This document shows, one piece after another, positions 62,599 to 64,000 of a stretch of 64,000 nucleotides of DNA; the first letter of the stretch is position 1, and each line of letters opens with the position of its first letter. The stretch comes from Patescibacteria group bacterium (lineage in GTDB: Bacteria > Patescibacteriota > Minisyncoccia > Minisyncoccales > Staskawiczbacteraceae): assembly GCA_022703425.1 (NCBI GenBank), contig JAKLDQ010000002.1, positions 12,876 to 76,875 of the forward strand, read 5' to 3'. The position numbers and the translations under genes are program-made. The notes under the pieces are model-generated. The model searched no databases, was not told the origin of the DNA, and worked only from the letters and a program-made list of their open reading frames with translations.

Positions 62599-62658
62599 AT
62601 AGAAAAGATGGCCGCCAAGGCCGTTTTTTAAAACATCGATATTCAAATCAAATATATT

Positions 62659-62853
62659 ATGACAATAACTCAAAAAGTTAACGTATTTTTCAAGGAAGTC
62701 TGGGTTGAAATGAGAAAAGTGAGCTGGCTTTCAAGAAAGGAAGTTGTAAGATACACGCTTATTGTGCTTGCTGTAACATTTGCGGTTTCTGCTTTTCTGG
62801 GAGGGCTGGACTTTATTTTTACAGAGATTTTAAAGAGAATAGTTCTCAAATAA
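62659..62853 (+). CDS. secE: Preprotein translocase subunit SecE
   Basis: 64 aa with a single TM. FFKEVWVEMRKVSWLSRKEVVRYT. Conserved position upstream of nusG. Confidence 0.85.
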   Translation: MTITQKVNVFFKEVWVEMRKVSWLSRKEVVRYTLIVLAVTFAVSAFLGGLDFIFTEILKRIVLK

Positions 62854-62901
62854 ACTGCGGTTTGAATACGTAAAATTTTTGGATATTAAAACTTTAAAAA
62901 T

Positions 62902-63450
62902 ATGCCAAAACAGCAAATAGAACAAGACAGAAACTGGTATGTTATTCATACATACTCGGGTTACGAAGACGCGGTTGCAAAGAACCTCAAACAGAGGATC
63001 GAGTCTTTGGGCATGGAAGACAAAATTTTTAATGTAATTGTTCCCAAGGAAAAGAAGATAAAAATAAAAAACGGAAAAAGAAAAACCGCCGAGGAAAAGA
63101 TTTATCCCGGATACGTTCTTGTTGAGATGATTGTTACTGATGAATCCTGGTATGTTGTAAGAAATACTCCGCGAGTTACCGGATTTTTGGGAGCAGGAAC
63201 AACGCCAATTCCAGTTTCAAAAAACGATATAGATGATTTGATGAAAAGAATGGAAGTGGGCGAACCGGAATTTAAGGTGGATGTTGCAGTCGGAGAATCT
63301 GTAAAGGTTACCGATGGACCGTTCAAAGGATTTGAAGGAAAAGTTTCTGAAATCGATGAAGCCAGAGGAAAAATCAAAGTTCTGGTTAATATGTTCGGAA
63401 GAGATACGCCCGTTGAACTGGATTCATTGCAAATACAAAAAGTAAGTTAA
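62902..63450 (+). CDS. nusG: Transcription termination/antitermination factor NusG
   Basis: NGN domain WYVIHTYSGYE. KOW motif GESVKVTDGPFKGFEGKV. Confidence 0.9.
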   Translation: MPKQQIEQDRNWYVIHTYSGYEDAVAKNLKQRIESLGMEDKIFNVIVPKEKKIKIKNGKRKTAEEKIYPGYVLVEMIVTDESWYVVRNTPRVTGFLGAGTTPIPVSKNDIDDLMKRMEVGEPEFKVDVAVGESVKVTDGPFKGFEGKVSEIDEARGKIKVLVNMFGRDTPVELDSLQIQKVS

Positions 63451-63515
63451 AAAGAGTGATAGTTGCAGAGGAATTTATTTATAATATCTTTTGCTAACTT
63501 GTAGCTCTAAATAAA

Positions 63516-63941
63516 ATGGCAAAAAAAATTAAAGCCGTAGTGAAGATACAAATTCCTGCGGGAAAAGCAACACCAGCGCCCCCAATAGGACCGGCACTGG
63601 CTCAGCACGGATTGAACATCGCCGAATTCTGCCAGAGATTTAACGCAGACACAAAGGACAAGGCAGGTTTTACAATTCCGGCAGAGGTTACAATTTTTGA
63701 GGACAGGTCATACACGTATAAACTTAAAACACCTTTGGCGTCAGAGCTTTTAAAGAAAGCCGCCGGAATCGAAAAAGGATCCGGAAATCCCAACAAAACG
63801 AAAGTCGGAAAGGTTACCAAGGCACAGTTGAAGGAAATTGCTGAGAAAAAGCTTGAAGATCTGAACACAAAAGATATCGAGCAGGCAATGAAAATTATTG
63901 CCGGTACCGCCAAAAATATGGGGATAGAAGTCGTGAATTAG
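63516..63941 (+). CDS. rplK: 50S ribosomal protein L11
   Basis: [27 protein letters not shown] is the conserved L11 N-terminus. Confidence 0.95.
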   Translation: MAKKIKAVVKIQIPAGKATPAPPIGPALAQHGLNIAEFCQRFNADTKDKAGFTIPAEVTIFEDRSYTYKLKTPLASELLKKAAGIEKGSGNPNKTKVGKVTKAQLKEIAEKKLEDLNTKDIEQAMKIIAGTAKNMGIEVVN

Positions 63942-63964
63942 CAGTCCTGAAATAACTAATTAGA

Positions 63965-63996
63965 ACACCGCTATTGCAAATAGCGGTGTTTTTTTG
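63965..63996 (+). terminator. Rho-independent terminator after rplK
   Basis: acaccgctatt / aatagcggtgt stem followed by T7. Confidence 0.8.
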
Positions 63997-64000
63997 TTGC

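Noticed and set aside
62605-62636. Short hairpin (ggcc-gccaa-ggcc) plus T6 between the putative promoter and secE, as a possible attenuator or tiny RNA
   Set aside because: The stem is only 4-6 bp. Without conservation or transcript data I cannot tell it apart from chance.

Overview
The window reads as a gene-dense, strongly plus-strand-biased, A/T-rich bacterial chromosome segment. Gene content and style suggest a reduced-genome Patescibacteria/CPR-like organism; that is inference, not proof. Housekeeping genes recognised from motifs include murB, hpf, secA, dinB, secD/secF, pgk, murJ, lepA, rsgA, pheS, gyrB and secE-nusG-rplK. There is also RNase P RNA on the minus strand and a cluster of three tRNAs. 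Accessory material is interleaved with these: (1) A ~7.9 kb Type I restriction-modification island (hsdM-hsdS-hsdR) is bracketed by two copies of a 30-bp perfect palindrome. It carries three extra genes: a trypco2-like small protein between hsdM and hsdS, an ABC-type ATPase in the PrrC position between hsdS and hsdR, and a small TM+wHTH protein. (2) A GxxExxY (PD-(D/E)XK-like) gene flanked by inverted 4x TACGAA arrays splits secD from secF. (3) A three-gene membrane module ends in a VirD4/TraD-like ATPase with a C-terminal zinc ribbon. (4) A 1324-aa secreted protein has about 19 tandem Cys/Trp-rich repeats resembling thrombospondin type-1 repeats. (5) Several visibly G+C-richer cassettes of small orphan genes each have near-consensus promoters and hairpin terminators (35.0-36.9 kb, 55.3-55.9 kb, 59.4-62.5 kb). 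(6) A metal-related cluster has an ArsR-type palindromic operator. (7) pheS carries a mitochondrial-type catalytic-core-plus-FDX-ACB architecture. I saw no rRNA genes, CRISPR arrays, transposases or integrases. All functional calls come from reading motifs by eye. No database search, GC calculation or structure prediction was run.
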